From Deltaproteobacteria bacterium (GTDB lineage Bacteria; Desulfobacterota; JADFXK01): a DNA stretch of 33,482 nt. The notes beneath the pieces are model-generated. The model saw only the letters and a list, made by a program, of their open reading frames with translations. It ran no database searches and was not told the DNA's origin. Made by a program: the position numbers and the translations under genes. The stretch lies in the NCBI GenBank assembly GCA_015233355.1, contig JADFXY010000005.1, forward strand, positions 1-33,482. The letters run 5' to 3'. Below, in pieces: positions 9,501 through 19,624 of the stretch. Each line of letters starts with the position of its first letter. Position 1 is the stretch's first letter.

Positions 9501-9822
9501 CGACGAGAATCTCCAACCGCCGCGGATCATAATAATCATCAGAATTGATGATGGTCACATAATTTGATTGGACCATCCGGATACCGTTGTTTATGGTCTC
9601 TGACGACCCCAGGTTCTTGTCTTGCCTAAAAAACTTGACCCTGCGATCAGTTAGGTACGGTCTGATCACCTCCACGGAATTATCGGTCGAGGCATCATCT
9701 AAAATAATAAGCTCTAAATCTTCGTAAGTCTGATTAAGGACGCTTTCAATAGCTTGCGCTACATATTGCTCGTGATTGTACACCGGCATAATCACACTGA
9801 CGGCTGATTGTTCCACATCCAT
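6568..9822 (-). CDS. Multidomain glycan enzyme: GT2 + coiled coil + HAD phosphatase + PRTase-like domain (probable ribofuranosyltransferase module)
   Basis: GT2 (SVIMPVYN, LDDASTD, NSDD); coiled coil ~aa 270-370; HAD motifs FDLFDTL, LSDMY, K, HVGDN..D; then FLARDG and VDVGWNATIQ. Confidence 0.85.
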   Translation of the reverse strand: MDVEQSAVSVIMPVYNHEQYVAQAIESVLNQTYEDLELIILDDASTDNSVEVIRPYLTDRRVKFFRQDKNLGSSETINNGIRMVQSNYVTIINSDDYYDPRRLEILVEAAGTGGKEFLATDIELVDADSRPITDKTHWWLEWYEGLKQIYYDTGDFLQAILQGNFLITTSNFFLKRSVYDGIGYFGSYKYLLDYDFILRFLSANRDGILFLHDQKLLHYRLHGSNSIKENPLKANQENFDVLLKEFPNFLDSATRDIFFSLSRQMTKVHHHIEEEMTISFHNMLQDTVNSHQEMQQETVDSHRKEIDAIAVQQEAAIRELALEYDKNLSLIQTRLEQKERENANLFADRNKKINHYVNQLASARREMARLTASFSYRLGKAALHPIAFTKTVGLRLLDRIDTFNKLNELLSALNDKVSVFSFDLFDTLLVRRIEPPEQVHQALCRHLSDRINNVILWEDILACRIQAVTDLREEAQAAGFDYECRYSEILDRWIQEMFGTQQIDPGLKNWIRERELELEVNALMVDPEARRLLDMVKGFGKPIVALSDMYLESDDISYILEKMDLLKYFDRIYMSSEKFLCKYSGRLFSLMMSDYGVSPKQVVHVGDNPIADHDVPSAMAIRAVLFKNKTEKKRLRLLRAYSYLSRQTDYWKGRHLLQVAHAGSLFRENTESDFYYRYGYDVLGPVFCTYIFGILDTLAGAKAKRIFFLARDGYLLQSLYRKMISLLGREGQYPEDEYLYLTRMTTSPAAVNKGLSHLKAMTAFYNPRQKGVYSVLKAFGLPPEEFEDSARRAGFDNIAEPIHNWHDPRLLTFIADDHVQAKIKDLSQPGFDILQDYLSQHGFFSHDCVGLVDVGWNATIQYFLGESFSERNDFPTLYGCYMGYCDGIPYQFPPRSYIEGVMYDARRKLASERAMMNFVEIFEEAARATHATTINYYYDYNGQVQPVLKGDDSPDRQAEIEFNPTILKLQNGILDFCDEFVRAIQLTNYSCREIKPFIMTLIERAVVYPTSAEVKHFSNLVHSDDWGSDHFMDLKELTARRMQSRSTTYTKLKQIGWHYSMSQLDGEGLWKKLLYFIDICRHKG

Positions 9823-10778
9823 TAACTATCTCCTAAGAACATCCCGTATAGTCTGGATATCCTATTTTTGACTCTTTCCAACATGAAGGGGAACGGCAGG
9901 CCACGGAGCGCCCATGTTTCGTTGATTCGCCCAATTGCTGCCTTTATCCGAGTCAAAAGGTCAACATCGGGTTGGGCGGTGGTTGGTGATATGTCAGCCT
10001 TATCCGGCATCATATCATGGAATTCTTCCCACAAGAATTGTCTGAAAACCGGAACCGCTTCCGGCCGGATCTGATCCCACCATCGATATAAAAGTTCTTG
10101 TTCCGTCTTCTCCAGGAGTTCTGGTGGAAACCTATGCCCAGAAACGGTAGAATTACCGAATGATCTGTAATAGGCGGTGACCTTGGGCACGTAACAAAAA
10201 TTTACCAGCCTGGATAGCTTGACCAGATACTCCCAGTCTTCAAATACGACCAGGGTTTCATCCAATAAACCGACCTCGGCCGCAAGGGACGATTTCCACA
10301 ATATGCCGATAAATGGTATATAATTTTGCAGCAGTAAAAGCCGCCGGTCAAAAGGCCGACCAAACACCTTAACCCGGCCGGTCCTATCAACCCGGCCCTC
10401 AGCAGTCAAGGACAAGTGGATCACTTTGCCGTAGACCACTCCCACTGCCGGATCGCCGGTGGCCGCCATCAGCACCTGGATGGCCCCTCGATCAAGGATG
10501 TCATCGTCATCCAAAAAACCGATCCATTCACCGCTAGCCGTCCGAAGTCCGGTATTTGCGGCACCCGACCGACCTAGATTCCGCCCATGAACGGCGTATC
10601 TTATGTTTTCCAGGCCCCGGCCATACCTGCTTATTAAGTCTTCGACGTCACAGCCGCCATCATTAACCACCACCAGTTCTATCGGCCGATATGTCTGAGC
10701 GGCCACGCTCCGGACGGCTTCAATGAGCAATTCAGGACGGTCCTTCGTCCGAATAATAATCGACACCAGAGAATTCAT
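9822..10778 (-). CDS. Glycosyltransferase family 2
   Basis: SIIIRTKDR, VVNDGG, GFLDDDD, EDWEY. Stop overlaps next start (TAATG at 9822). Confidence 0.92.
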   Translation of the reverse strand: MNSLVSIIIRTKDRPELLIEAVRSVAAQTYRPIELVVVNDGGCDVEDLISRYGRGLENIRYAVHGRNLGRSGAANTGLRTASGEWIGFLDDDDILDRGAIQVLMAATGDPAVGVVYGKVIHLSLTAEGRVDRTGRVKVFGRPFDRRLLLLQNYIPFIGILWKSSLAAEVGLLDETLVVFEDWEYLVKLSRLVNFCYVPKVTAYYRSFGNSTVSGHRFPPELLEKTEQELLYRWWDQIRPEAVPVFRQFLWEEFHDMMPDKADISPTTAQPDVDLLTRIKAAIGRINETWALRGLPFPFMLERVKNRISRLYGMFLGDS

Positions 10779-11095
10779 AACGTTGCTGTTTCAGGTTGCG
10801 TTGCCGGTTGCCTGCCGCCTATTGCCGGTTCAGAACAACCAGGGCCGGGGAATCAGCCCCTCCATAATATTCAAATATACAACTCCCGGTCGTCCGAGGC
10901 AGACAAAACCACGTTAGACATTCCACCTAATCCCAGGCTGATAACACCAAGAGCAACCACCGTCAACCACATCTTCTAAAAAGTCTCGTCGCGTTCATCC
11001 GCAGATACCCCCTGAATAAGATATTTATTGTATGATAATGTTATGTTAGTTCCAGGATACAGATCGGTGTTTCAACGTGGTGAATTTGCCGTCAT

Positions 11096-14000
11096 CTAAA
11101 ACGGCATCAGGTGTGGATTAAAGAAAGGATCTCTTTTTATTACCTGGCCCCACCTGTCCCGCATATACTCCTTCTCATCTACCTTGTCCGGCACGTGCCC
11201 CCGGCTCTTGGATTCATGGTGTATGAGACAAGCGTAAGGAGTGTAAACAATCCAGTATCCGGCTTTGCCCAGGCGAAGGCAGTAGTCCACGTCTTGGAAA
11301 GCCGTCCCCAGTTTTTCTTCAAACCCGCCGAAGCCTTTAAAGAGGGCTTTACGGGTCATTAAACAGGCGCCGGTCACCGCACTGTAGTTCCGGATGACAT
11401 TCAGGTAGCCGTTATAACCTGGACTATCCCCAGGGAGACCTTGATAAACATGCCCGGCTACACCGTTATGGCTCAAACCCAAGACTACCCCGGCATGCTG
11501 CACCGTCCTATCCGAGTATAAAAGTTTTGCCCCGGTCGCCCCCACTTCAGGCCGGCAGGCGTGCTCCAATAACGCAGTAAGCCAATAGGACGATATAATC
11601 TCAATGTCGTTATTTAAAAATAGGAGAAAATCACCGTTGGCTTGGCCGGCGCCCAGATTGTTTATCTTCGAATAGTTAAACGGCAAATCATAGGATATAA
11701 TCCGATGGGGTAGCCTGGCCAAATATTCTTTGGTCTGGGCATCACTCCCGTTATCCATTATGATTATTTCATAATTATCGTATTCAGTCTTCTGGGTCAA
11801 GGTAGTTAGACATTTGTCGAGTAAATCGGCCTTGTTCTTGGTGGGAATGATGATCGATACCAGGGGCCGACCGGGAATCCGGCGGGTCACCCGAAAAAAA
11901 TTGAAAAATTGTCCTACGGTTACTTTTCCCGGGATGTTTCGCCGAGCCAGGGCATCGGTCAGGGCTTTTATAGACGCGCTGTTGGTTTCTTCCACGGCCT
12001 GCTCCTGGGCGGAGATTGAGCCGCTATGCTTGCGCCAATGGTACAATACCTTCGGGATATGGTGAATTCGGTCTGTTTTCTCAGTGAACCGGAGCACCAG
12101 GTCGTAGTCCTGGCTGATCTTAAACTCAGAGCGAAAGCCGCCGATCTGGTCGAGAATACTCTTTCTAAAGACCCCCAAATGGACGGTGTACATAGTAGAC
12201 AGAATAAGGTCTGGAGACCAATCGGGTTTAAAGAAGGTTTCGATAGCTTCACCGTCTTCATTTATCTTGACCTCATCGGTATAGATCATATCGGCGTGGC
12301 GATGCTTTTGCAAATAATAGGCCAGTTCAAATAAGGCCAGCGGTGGAAGTTCGTCATCGTGGTCCATTAAGCAGATGAACTCCATAGTGGCCAGAGCAAT
12401 GGCCCGATTCGACGCTTCGGCGACGCCCAAATTCTTTTCGGACCGGCCCACTTTTATTCGGTTGTCCCTTTCCGCGTACCTGGAGACGACATCGAAGACA
12501 TGCGACTTAGTCGAGGCATCGTCAAAAACAATAAGTTCCCAGTGAGGATAAATCTGACTCGTTATTGAGTCCAGGGTCTTTCTGAGATGGATCAGCCGGG
12601 TGTTGTAGGCCGGAATGACAATTGAAAATGTCGGGTAATAGTCGAACAAGGCCATATCCTTACGGGCTTCATCGTATGTTTCCTCAGAACAGGCAATTTG
12701 CTCGGTCAATTGCTGGTATTTTCGCTGGGGGTCCATCTTCGGCTGGCTATGATGGTGCATAAGCCTATAGTATAACATGGGTAAACTGCCCTTCAAACCA
12801 TGTCTTCTAATTCCCTTCGCCTCACGGATCAAAGGCTTGACCAGACCCAAGACTATGTTTTTTGCCCGATAGTAAACTTGCAGAACCCGCCAGCCTCGGG
12901 CGGAGTAAATCTGCATCAATGTTCCTTGAATCTTCTCAATCCGGACGTTAGCCTTGTCCAGATCTGATCTAGCCAGGTCTAATTCCGCCTCTTTTTCATG
13001 CAGCATGTCTTGCTGACAACGTAATTTTTGGTCCAACTCTCCCATGTCGTTTTCCACTTGCCCATGTTCCGGCTGGTCGACGGCGGTTGGGAGGGCTTTT
13101 TCTTTCCGAAAACCCGATGTCAATTCGTCAAATATATCTAACTTACGGTATTCATTTAACATTTCTATATTATTACTTCCGCCGGCGAGTTCCTCGGAAG
13201 ATACCCCCGCTGTCTTTTCGGCATAAATTTCTTGATAATATGTGAGAAAACTATTTCTCAAAAAATCATACAGGGTCCGGCTGGATAAGCTCTCTGTCTT
13301 TGAAACTGATCCGGCCTGAGATAATTGTGGATACCGGCAAAACCGGCTGAGGGGCTCTATAACCTTTTCCCACCGGAAATGGGTGCCGGCTAAAAGGGAT
13401 GCCTGACGTGACATGTCTTCCATCAAAACCGGGTTTTCCAACAGGTGAAAAATTTTTTCCGCCACATCGGCAGGATCACCCGGTCTCACCTTGAACCCCG
13501 CAGCGTTCTTGTCAATCAACTCACTCAACCAGTCCCCTTCGGTGCAGATTACCGGTTTGCCCCCCCAGAGACAGTCCACGATCCTGGTTCGAAACGAAAA
13601 CTTTGTTTCCAATGTATCCAGATAGGTCAAGACCACCATGTCGGATTCTCTGTACATATCGGCCCGGTCATCATAGGGCAGCCAATCGAAGAAAAAAACC
13701 CGCCGGCCTAATAAGCCGGAAGATTCAGCTAATTCCTTTGTTACCTTAAATCCGTCTTGGGAAAAAGTAGGGGACACCGGATTATGGGCACCGACAAAAA
13801 CCAAAGCCACACGCTCTATTTGTTCGGCCACCAAAGCAAAGGCCCTGACCGCTGTTTCTCCATCAAACCAGGGATAAATGCCTCCCGGCCACAGAATTAT
13901 ACGCCAGTCTGCCGGAACCAGCTTCTCCTTGATAAATGGAGTTCCAGTGGTTTTGGGCGGAGCGGTGGGAACGCCGGTGGGAATAACCCCAAACATGTGA

Positions 14001-14542
14001 TCAGTTAGTTCACAGGGGCCAATCCGGCCCAACGCCGACAACATACCCAATAAAAAATCTTTTTGACGTTCGTTAGCCGTTAGGAAAAAATCACCATACA
14101 GTAGAGCCGCAAATATATTTTCCTTTATCCGTTCCAGATCCATAAAAAACGCCTCACGCCGACCATATAAGTTGGAACAAGCCAGGGTCGCGAAAAGCTC
14201 AGGATCAAAAAGGTCTACCACTGTCGGGATCTGCTTGACTTTGTTTAAGAATCTTTTAGCAATATAATGACTAAGTATACAAACATCTTTTCCGGAGCAG
14301 AGTTCCTCAAACTTGTCGTCAGACCAATAGGCAAACGTAAGAGAAGGCGGCTGGTCCAAGATACCGGAACCGTCAACATCGGCCGCCGCCTCAATTGCTC
14401 CGTTGGCCGGCTCGGCCAAGACGACCTCATGCCCTGACCGGCATAAAGCCCGGGCCATCTCAAGTGACCGAATGGCCGGGCCGGTAATAACCCGATCTTT
14501 GGTCCGTAAGCGCATGGTAGATATGATCAGCACTTTACTCAT
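11096..14542 (-). CDS. Multidomain glycosyltransferase: GT4-like (GT-B) + coiled coil + two GT2 domains
   Basis: N-terminal GT-B (GPAIRSLEMARAL, WPGGIYPWFD, GKPVI); coiled coil ~aa 500-550; GT2-1 (SIVIPAYN, DDAS, MDHDD, QDYDL); GT2-2 (SIIIPTKN, LNND, AVTGACL, QDVDYCLR, HHESKSRG). Confidence 0.92.
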   Translation of the reverse strand: MSKVLIISTMRLRTKDRVITGPAIRSLEMARALCRSGHEVVLAEPANGAIEAAADVDGSGILDQPPSLTFAYWSDDKFEELCSGKDVCILSHYIAKRFLNKVKQIPTVVDLFDPELFATLACSNLYGRREAFFMDLERIKENIFAALLYGDFFLTANERQKDFLLGMLSALGRIGPCELTDHMFGVIPTGVPTAPPKTTGTPFIKEKLVPADWRIILWPGGIYPWFDGETAVRAFALVAEQIERVALVFVGAHNPVSPTFSQDGFKVTKELAESSGLLGRRVFFFDWLPYDDRADMYRESDMVVLTYLDTLETKFSFRTRIVDCLWGGKPVICTEGDWLSELIDKNAAGFKVRPGDPADVAEKIFHLLENPVLMEDMSRQASLLAGTHFRWEKVIEPLSRFCRYPQLSQAGSVSKTESLSSRTLYDFLRNSFLTYYQEIYAEKTAGVSSEELAGGSNNIEMLNEYRKLDIFDELTSGFRKEKALPTAVDQPEHGQVENDMGELDQKLRCQQDMLHEKEAELDLARSDLDKANVRIEKIQGTLMQIYSARGWRVLQVYYRAKNIVLGLVKPLIREAKGIRRHGLKGSLPMLYYRLMHHHSQPKMDPQRKYQQLTEQIACSEETYDEARKDMALFDYYPTFSIVIPAYNTRLIHLRKTLDSITSQIYPHWELIVFDDASTKSHVFDVVSRYAERDNRIKVGRSEKNLGVAEASNRAIALATMEFICLMDHDDELPPLALFELAYYLQKHRHADMIYTDEVKINEDGEAIETFFKPDWSPDLILSTMYTVHLGVFRKSILDQIGGFRSEFKISQDYDLVLRFTEKTDRIHHIPKVLYHWRKHSGSISAQEQAVEETNSASIKALTDALARRNIPGKVTVGQFFNFFRVTRRIPGRPLVSIIIPTKNKADLLDKCLTTLTQKTEYDNYEIIIMDNGSDAQTKEYLARLPHRIISYDLPFNYSKINNLGAGQANGDFLLFLNNDIEIISSYWLTALLEHACRPEVGATGAKLLYSDRTVQHAGVVLGLSHNGVAGHVYQGLPGDSPGYNGYLNVIRNYSAVTGACLMTRKALFKGFGGFEEKLGTAFQDVDYCLRLGKAGYWIVYTPYACLIHHESKSRGHVPDKVDEKEYMRDRWGQVIKRDPFFNPHLMPF

Positions 14543-15498
14543 GACGACTCCACTTTAGTGGTTACAGTAATGCCTGGATCGGACAAACCAGACGCCGTTC
14601 CAGGGAAATGTGTGGTTGAGGCCCAATTCTTGATACTCCGCCGCGCCGCCAGAGCCTGAGGGAGCAATGCCATTGTTTCCCGAGCACACGGTGGCTTAAG
14701 AATATATCTCCGGTATCTAAAAGCTATAGTCAAAAATTGCCAGACGACCTGCGGGACAGAGCCGTTCTTGACGTTCATCAGGAGCAAATTCTTTGCACTA
14801 TGATGCAGCGCCAGAGGGCTCAGATAGGAAGTGGAACCGCTCCCATGGTGATAAACCACGGAGGTTGGGGTCAAGATGATTTTCCAACCGGCTCGCCTGA
14901 GACGCCAGGACAGATCAACATCTTCATGGTAAGACCAAAAGGACTCGTCAAAAAGTCCCACCTGCCTCAGTGCCTCCCTGCGGTAAATGGCGCTGCAGGC
15001 GCAGGCGGCGGAAACCGGTCCCGACCGGCCGGCCGAGGCTTGCTTTTCTCTGAAACCTCGGTTCCGGGGATACCCCGTGGAAGAAATATCTATCCCGGCA
15101 TTATAGATCAATTCCGGATCATCATAAAACAAGACAAGCGACTGGCAGGCTCCGATTTCTTTATCGGCGTCCATGGCCTTGACCAACTCCAGCAGCCAGT
15201 CCTGCTCGACTCTGGTGTCGTTGTTCAAGGTAACCAGGTAGGTTCCTACGGCTTCAGATATCCCCTGGTTTGTCCCCCGGGCGAATCCCTGGTTGGCCGA
15301 GTTGGAGATAATTCTCACCCAGGGGTACTTGCGGTTAACGTAATCGACGCTGCCGTCATGGGAGCCGTTATCCACCAGGATCAGCTCAAAATCATTGAAT
15401 GACTGATCCTTCACCGAGGTTAAGCATTCGTCTAAGAACCTGATTCCGTTCCAGTTTAGGATAACAATGGACACCCGCGGGGTTCCCGGTAACGGCAT
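14539..15498 (-). CDS. Glycosyltransferase family 2 (WbbL/rhamnosyltransferase-like)
   Basis: SIVILNWNG, VDNGSHDGS, NQGFARGTN, LNND, FDESFWSYHEDVDLSWR. ATGA overlap with downstream gene. Confidence 0.92.
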   Translation of the reverse strand: MPLPGTPRVSIVILNWNGIRFLDECLTSVKDQSFNDFELILVDNGSHDGSVDYVNRKYPWVRIISNSANQGFARGTNQGISEAVGTYLVTLNNDTRVEQDWLLELVKAMDADKEIGACQSLVLFYDDPELIYNAGIDISSTGYPRNRGFREKQASAGRSGPVSAACACSAIYRREALRQVGLFDESFWSYHEDVDLSWRLRRAGWKIILTPTSVVYHHGSGSTSYLSPLALHHSAKNLLLMNVKNGSVPQVVWQFLTIAFRYRRYILKPPCARETMALLPQALAARRSIKNWASTTHFPGTASGLSDPGITVTTKVESS

Positions 15499-15511
15499 TG
15501 GCTGTCCTTCT

Positions 15512-17497
15512 CTAAACGGAGACCTTAATTATGTCGTCCCGATAGTTAACCTTCTCCAATTTGACCCGCAGATGGTCGCCGGGGAACAACGGGATGGAAT
15601 TCGCCGTAGGCATATTCAATTCAAAAAGATATTCCTCCAGGATCATTCGGTATGAATGGGAGGATTTATCTAATACTTGAGCCGGCAACCAGTCGCCCAC
15701 CCGGGCGGACAGATGCTTCAACAGCCAGTATCTGGTCCGCTTTTGCCTGACCAGGTTAGCCCGTTGCACCGCCGGCTTGACCACGGAAATTATCTCTTTC
15801 AATTCCTCATCCTGGTAGCCCCGTTTGCCCTCTCGTATGTAATCCATTAATTGCCGTTGGGCGATCAAGTCTAAATACCGTCTGATCGGGGAAGTGACGT
15901 TGGTATAGGCCGGCAGCCCCAATCCGGCGTGCGGTTCCGGCGTGATATCCAACAAGAACCTGTTTAAGGCCCGGCGTTGCTTATAATCCAGGTAGAGATC
16001 AATCTCGCCCTCCGGCCGTTCAACTCTTTCCCGAGGCTCCCCCTGGCTCCGAAAGGGAATGGGCAGGCCGTTATCCATGGCAAATTGGGCCATTAACCCA
16101 TTGGCCATGATCATCAGTTCCGATATCAGCATCCGGGTTGGGGATTCGCGACTGATCAACTTGACCGTGATATTCTTGTTCTCATCCACCCAAAGGAGCA
16201 ATTCCGGAACAGATAAATCCACGGCTCCGGACTCCAGCCTTTTCTGACGGAATTTTCTCGTGATCTCGTATAACAAGGTCATATCCTGATCCGAGCCGAT
16301 CATTTCATCCGCCTCAACATAGGTAAGCTGTCGATGGATGGTAATCAAGCTGGGCACAATCTGAAACGACCTGATCTCAAAGTTTTGGTCCAGATCCACC
16401 AGGACGCTTACCCCCGGCTTTTCATCGTTGGGCAAAAGGCTTAGGACCTGTTCGCTCATCACTTCGGGAAGCATGGGGATGCGCCGGTCTGGCAGGTAAA
16501 TAGATGTCCCCCGTTCCCTGGCCTCCCGATCCAGTGGAGATCCTTTAGGGATGAACCTGGACACATCGATGACGTGGACGCCCAGACGGTATCCCTCAGG
16601 AAGTCGTTCCAGGCTAATGGCGTCATCATGGTCGCGGGTCCCGCTGGCATCGATGGTGATCAATGGAAGGGAGGTTAAGTCGACCGTATCGGAGCAAGAG
16701 CGGGGAGGCGGAATGTCCAGGGAGCACGCCTGGCTAAGTAATTCTTCGGAAAAGCCTAAAGGGACGCAGCACCGATGAAGAAACACATTTTCGTCCTGAT
16801 CAAAAATACCAAAGTCTACCAGCAACTTAAATGGCATCTCCGGATGAAATTTGTTGGCCCGTTGCATCACTTCCTTAGCCAACAGATAGCACTCCGCCTC
16901 GCTGTTAAAAATGGCCACTTCTTTGAGCAAAGGCACGATAAGGGCCAGTTCATCTTCTTTCAACTGATCCGGGGAATCGACCATCATCTTTAGGATACCG
17001 GCCAGTTGTTCAATTTGGCGTTCTTTGGCCGCCTCCCTTTCCAGATTGAGTTTGATCGCTTCAACCTTATCGATAGAGTTGGGGACGACCTGATCTTCCA
17101 GCATCTTAAAATGAAGTTTGTCTTCAAACACGGCTCGGCAAACAGCCGAAAGATGATGAATGGTGACCGTTTCACCAAAAGTCAACTCGGCCAGATACCG
17201 GTAAGAAAAAGGACCGGTTTCAGCATTCAACAGGTCCCACAGGTCCTCCGTTGAGACCCTTTTCTTAAGCTCCTCTCGTTTCTGAACGGTGGCTTGCATG
17301 GCTTGAAGCAAGCGGCCCCGGCCATCATCCACGTTGCCCAAAAAAGGGCCGTCTATTAGAAGCCGCTTGGCCGACAAACTGACTTCCTTATTATTTTCGG
17401 TCAACAGCAATACCCGCGGCCCCTTGGCCTGCAGACATACGGCCGCAATTATCGACCTTTCATTTATAAATTCGACAAGTTGTCCTGGCTCTGGCAT
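15512..17497 (-). CDS. rnb: RNB-domain exoribonuclease (RNase II/R family)
   Basis: Catalytic TIDASGTRDHDDAIS, RGTSIYLPD..PMLP, ELMIMAN, HAGLGLPAYTNVTSPIRRYLDL. Confidence 0.93.
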   Translation of the reverse strand: MPEPGQLVEFINERSIIAAVCLQAKGPRVLLLTENNKEVSLSAKRLLIDGPFLGNVDDGRGRLLQAMQATVQKREELKKRVSTEDLWDLLNAETGPFSYRYLAELTFGETVTIHHLSAVCRAVFEDKLHFKMLEDQVVPNSIDKVEAIKLNLEREAAKERQIEQLAGILKMMVDSPDQLKEDELALIVPLLKEVAIFNSEAECYLLAKEVMQRANKFHPEMPFKLLVDFGIFDQDENVFLHRCCVPLGFSEELLSQACSLDIPPPRSCSDTVDLTSLPLITIDASGTRDHDDAISLERLPEGYRLGVHVIDVSRFIPKGSPLDREARERGTSIYLPDRRIPMLPEVMSEQVLSLLPNDEKPGVSVLVDLDQNFEIRSFQIVPSLITIHRQLTYVEADEMIGSDQDMTLLYEITRKFRQKRLESGAVDLSVPELLLWVDENKNITVKLISRESPTRMLISELMIMANGLMAQFAMDNGLPIPFRSQGEPRERVERPEGEIDLYLDYKQRRALNRFLLDITPEPHAGLGLPAYTNVTSPIRRYLDLIAQRQLMDYIREGKRGYQDEELKEIISVVKPAVQRANLVRQKRTRYWLLKHLSARVGDWLPAQVLDKSSHSYRMILEEYLFELNMPTANSIPLFPGDHLRVKLEKVNYRDDIIKVSV

Positions 17498-17631
17498 ATC
17501 GCCTTCTAATCCTGTAGCAGGTTACGGGGTTCGGGGCAAAGGTAGTGTGGCAACGGCAGACAATCTTGTGGTCGACTCAAGCAGAGAAAGACAGTCCAAG
17601 ACTCATAATTAGCGACACACAACCAAAAGTA

Positions 17632-18438
17632 TCAGATTACTCCCTGCCCAATCAGGTCACAAAGGAGTCGTTTGTAATCCAGCCCAGCCAGTTTGAACCC
17701 GGCCCGGCCGTACAGCATATTGGCTTCCAGCAGGTAGTACCTTCCGCCAGCCAAACATATATCAAGCCCGACATCGTCAAACCGGCATCTCCGGCTGACT
17801 TCCAAGGCCATAGACGATACTTCCGAAGGGATATTCCCAAAAGCAACCTGGGCCCCTTGAGACAGATTACCCCGGAAACCGCCTCCGGCCAGCACCCGCC
17901 GGTAGACCAGGGCAATGCGGTGAGCAATCACCACCACCCGGTATTCTGATTCGATATCAAGGAATTCCTGGATAAGAGCCACCTTGGTGATGCGGCGGTA
18001 GGCGGCCAGGTCCGATGGCTGCTGGACCAGGAAGACACCACGGCCACCGTCCGAGGCCCGAGGCAGCTTAGCCACAAAGGGAAAATCAAAATCCTTCAGG
18101 ATTAAGTCCGTCTGGCGGCCATAATAGCACTTAGTTCGGGGAAATGGAATATCAAGGAGATTAAACAGGGTTGCTTGCTTTATTTTGTCCCCGGCGTACT
18201 CGTAGTCGTTGATCCCGGGAAAAATGCGCTTTCCCATAGAGGATAACGAGTGGGCATATAATTTGGTGGGAAAATAGATGACCTCCGCCTGTTTGATAGC
18301 TTCTATTTGCCAGGGCTCATAATCAGTTAAATTAGGGCGGATTCCAAGAGTCACCAGATAAGGGCAATTCGCCAGGCGGCGGCCCAAGGCATACTTCAGA
18401 GGGTTCCCGTGTTTAACTTGTATCTTTTCCTCCGGCAC
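17632..18438 (-). CDS. RimK-like ATP-grasp ligase
   Basis: DKIKQ, PFVAKLP..GGRGVFLV, LIQEFL, EYRVVV, FRGNLSQGA, GLDI..LLEAN. Confidence 0.88.
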   Translation of the reverse strand: MPEEKIQVKHGNPLKYALGRRLANCPYLVTLGIRPNLTDYEPWQIEAIKQAEVIYFPTKLYAHSLSSMGKRIFPGINDYEYAGDKIKQATLFNLLDIPFPRTKCYYGRQTDLILKDFDFPFVAKLPRASDGGRGVFLVQQPSDLAAYRRITKVALIQEFLDIESEYRVVVIAHRIALVYRRVLAGGGFRGNLSQGAQVAFGNIPSEVSSMALEVSRRCRFDDVGLDICLAGGRYYLLEANMLYGRAGFKLAGLDYKRLLCDLIGQGVI

Positions 18439-18527
18439 CGTTTATCATGGGTTAATAAATGAAGCATTCCGATGCCGGTCAGGTGACGCCGGAACCGTCT
18501 CGGGGTGGCCCGTCGGCCGGGGAGTCA

Positions 18528-19427
18528 TTACTCGCGGCCCAAAGAAAGGAGTGGAGAAATAAACATCGGCGCCGCCCCCCGAAGATTCAACCGGTCCATG
18601 ACAACATTAGCCAGTGTGGCGGTAAAAAGTTCCATAATTGACTTTTTATCCTGATCGGAATAAACAACTTTGGCATCGGCCGCGGCGCCGGAAAGCTTCT
18701 TGGCTAATTCCACCGCATCCGCCAATCCCCCGAGCTGATCCACCAGGCCCATTTTTTTAGCTTGCTCTCCGGTAAAAATCCGGCCATCGGCAATCGCCCT
18801 GATCTTGTCTTGTGGAATCTTCCGTCCTTCAGCTACCGCCCGAATGAACTGAGCATGGACATCGTCTAAGACCGATTGGAGGAGATCCTTTTCTTCGGCG
18901 GTCATACGTCGGGATACAGAACCGATATCTTTGAATTTTCCGGCCTTGAGAGTGATAAAATCAAGCCCGACTTTCTTTAATAATTCTTCCACGTTGGCAA
19001 AGTCCATGATCACCCCGATACTCCCGGTCAACGTGGCCGGGTTGGCGACGATTTTGTCCGTCGGTGCGGCCACATAATAGCCTCCGGACGCGGCCACGTT
19101 GCTTAGCGAGGCAACGATCTTTTTGCTCGCCTTGGCGCTCTTGATCGCCTCATATATCTCCTGGGCCGGGCCTACGGCCCCACCGGGGGAATCGATCCTG
19201 ATGATAATGGCCTTGACTGTTCTATCTTTTCTATATTTTTCAATATCTTCGATGGTCTTCCGGGACTCCAGCATAACCCCTTTGATAACGACCACGGCGA
19301 TCTTATCACTCAAGGAAATGCCGGCGTTACCTTTGAATAGGAGACCGGTGGCAGCCATGCCGGCTAAGGCGAAAGCAGCCACGGTAAATGCCACGGCCAG
19401 GCCTAAGATTATGGGATGCTTCTTCAA
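18528..19427 (-). CDS. sppA: Signal peptide peptidase SppA (36K type)
   Basis: N-terminal TM, RIDSPGG, AASGGYY, TGSIGV, KAGKFKD, ADGRIFTG. Confidence 0.96.
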   Translation of the reverse strand: MKKHPIILGLAVAFTVAAFALAGMAATGLLFKGNAGISLSDKIAVVVIKGVMLESRKTIEDIEKYRKDRTVKAIIIRIDSPGGAVGPAQEIYEAIKSAKASKKIVASLSNVAASGGYYVAAPTDKIVANPATLTGSIGVIMDFANVEELLKKVGLDFITLKAGKFKDIGSVSRRMTAEEKDLLQSVLDDVHAQFIRAVAEGRKIPQDKIRAIADGRIFTGEQAKKMGLVDQLGGLADAVELAKKLSGAAADAKVVYSDQDKKSIMELFTATLANVVMDRLNLRGAAPMFISPLLSLGRE

Positions 19428-19465
19428 TTAGCGGCCTCACTAGTACCGATACCGATGCTGGTATT

Positions 19466-19532
19466 CAGGTTCCATGTTACTTGTTTCTCGCCACTCGTTG
19501 AGGACAACCGGCAACGAGGAACTAAAAAACCA
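19466..19532. repeat. Degenerate 7-mer array with inverted second half
   Basis: caggttc catgtta cttgttt ctcgcca ctcgttg agga caaccgg caacgag gaactaa aaaacca. Confidence 0.65.
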
Positions 19533-19624
19533 TGTCACTTCTAAAAGCGCCGATTATGCACATTAAGAATATATGCTTTTTCTCTTTGACCCTTATTCTC
19601 TCTTCTCACCGGTCCCGTAACTGA

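Noticed and set aside
14737-15402. 221-aa plus-strand ORF
   Set aside because: Fully antisense to a clear GT2 gene; no motifs.
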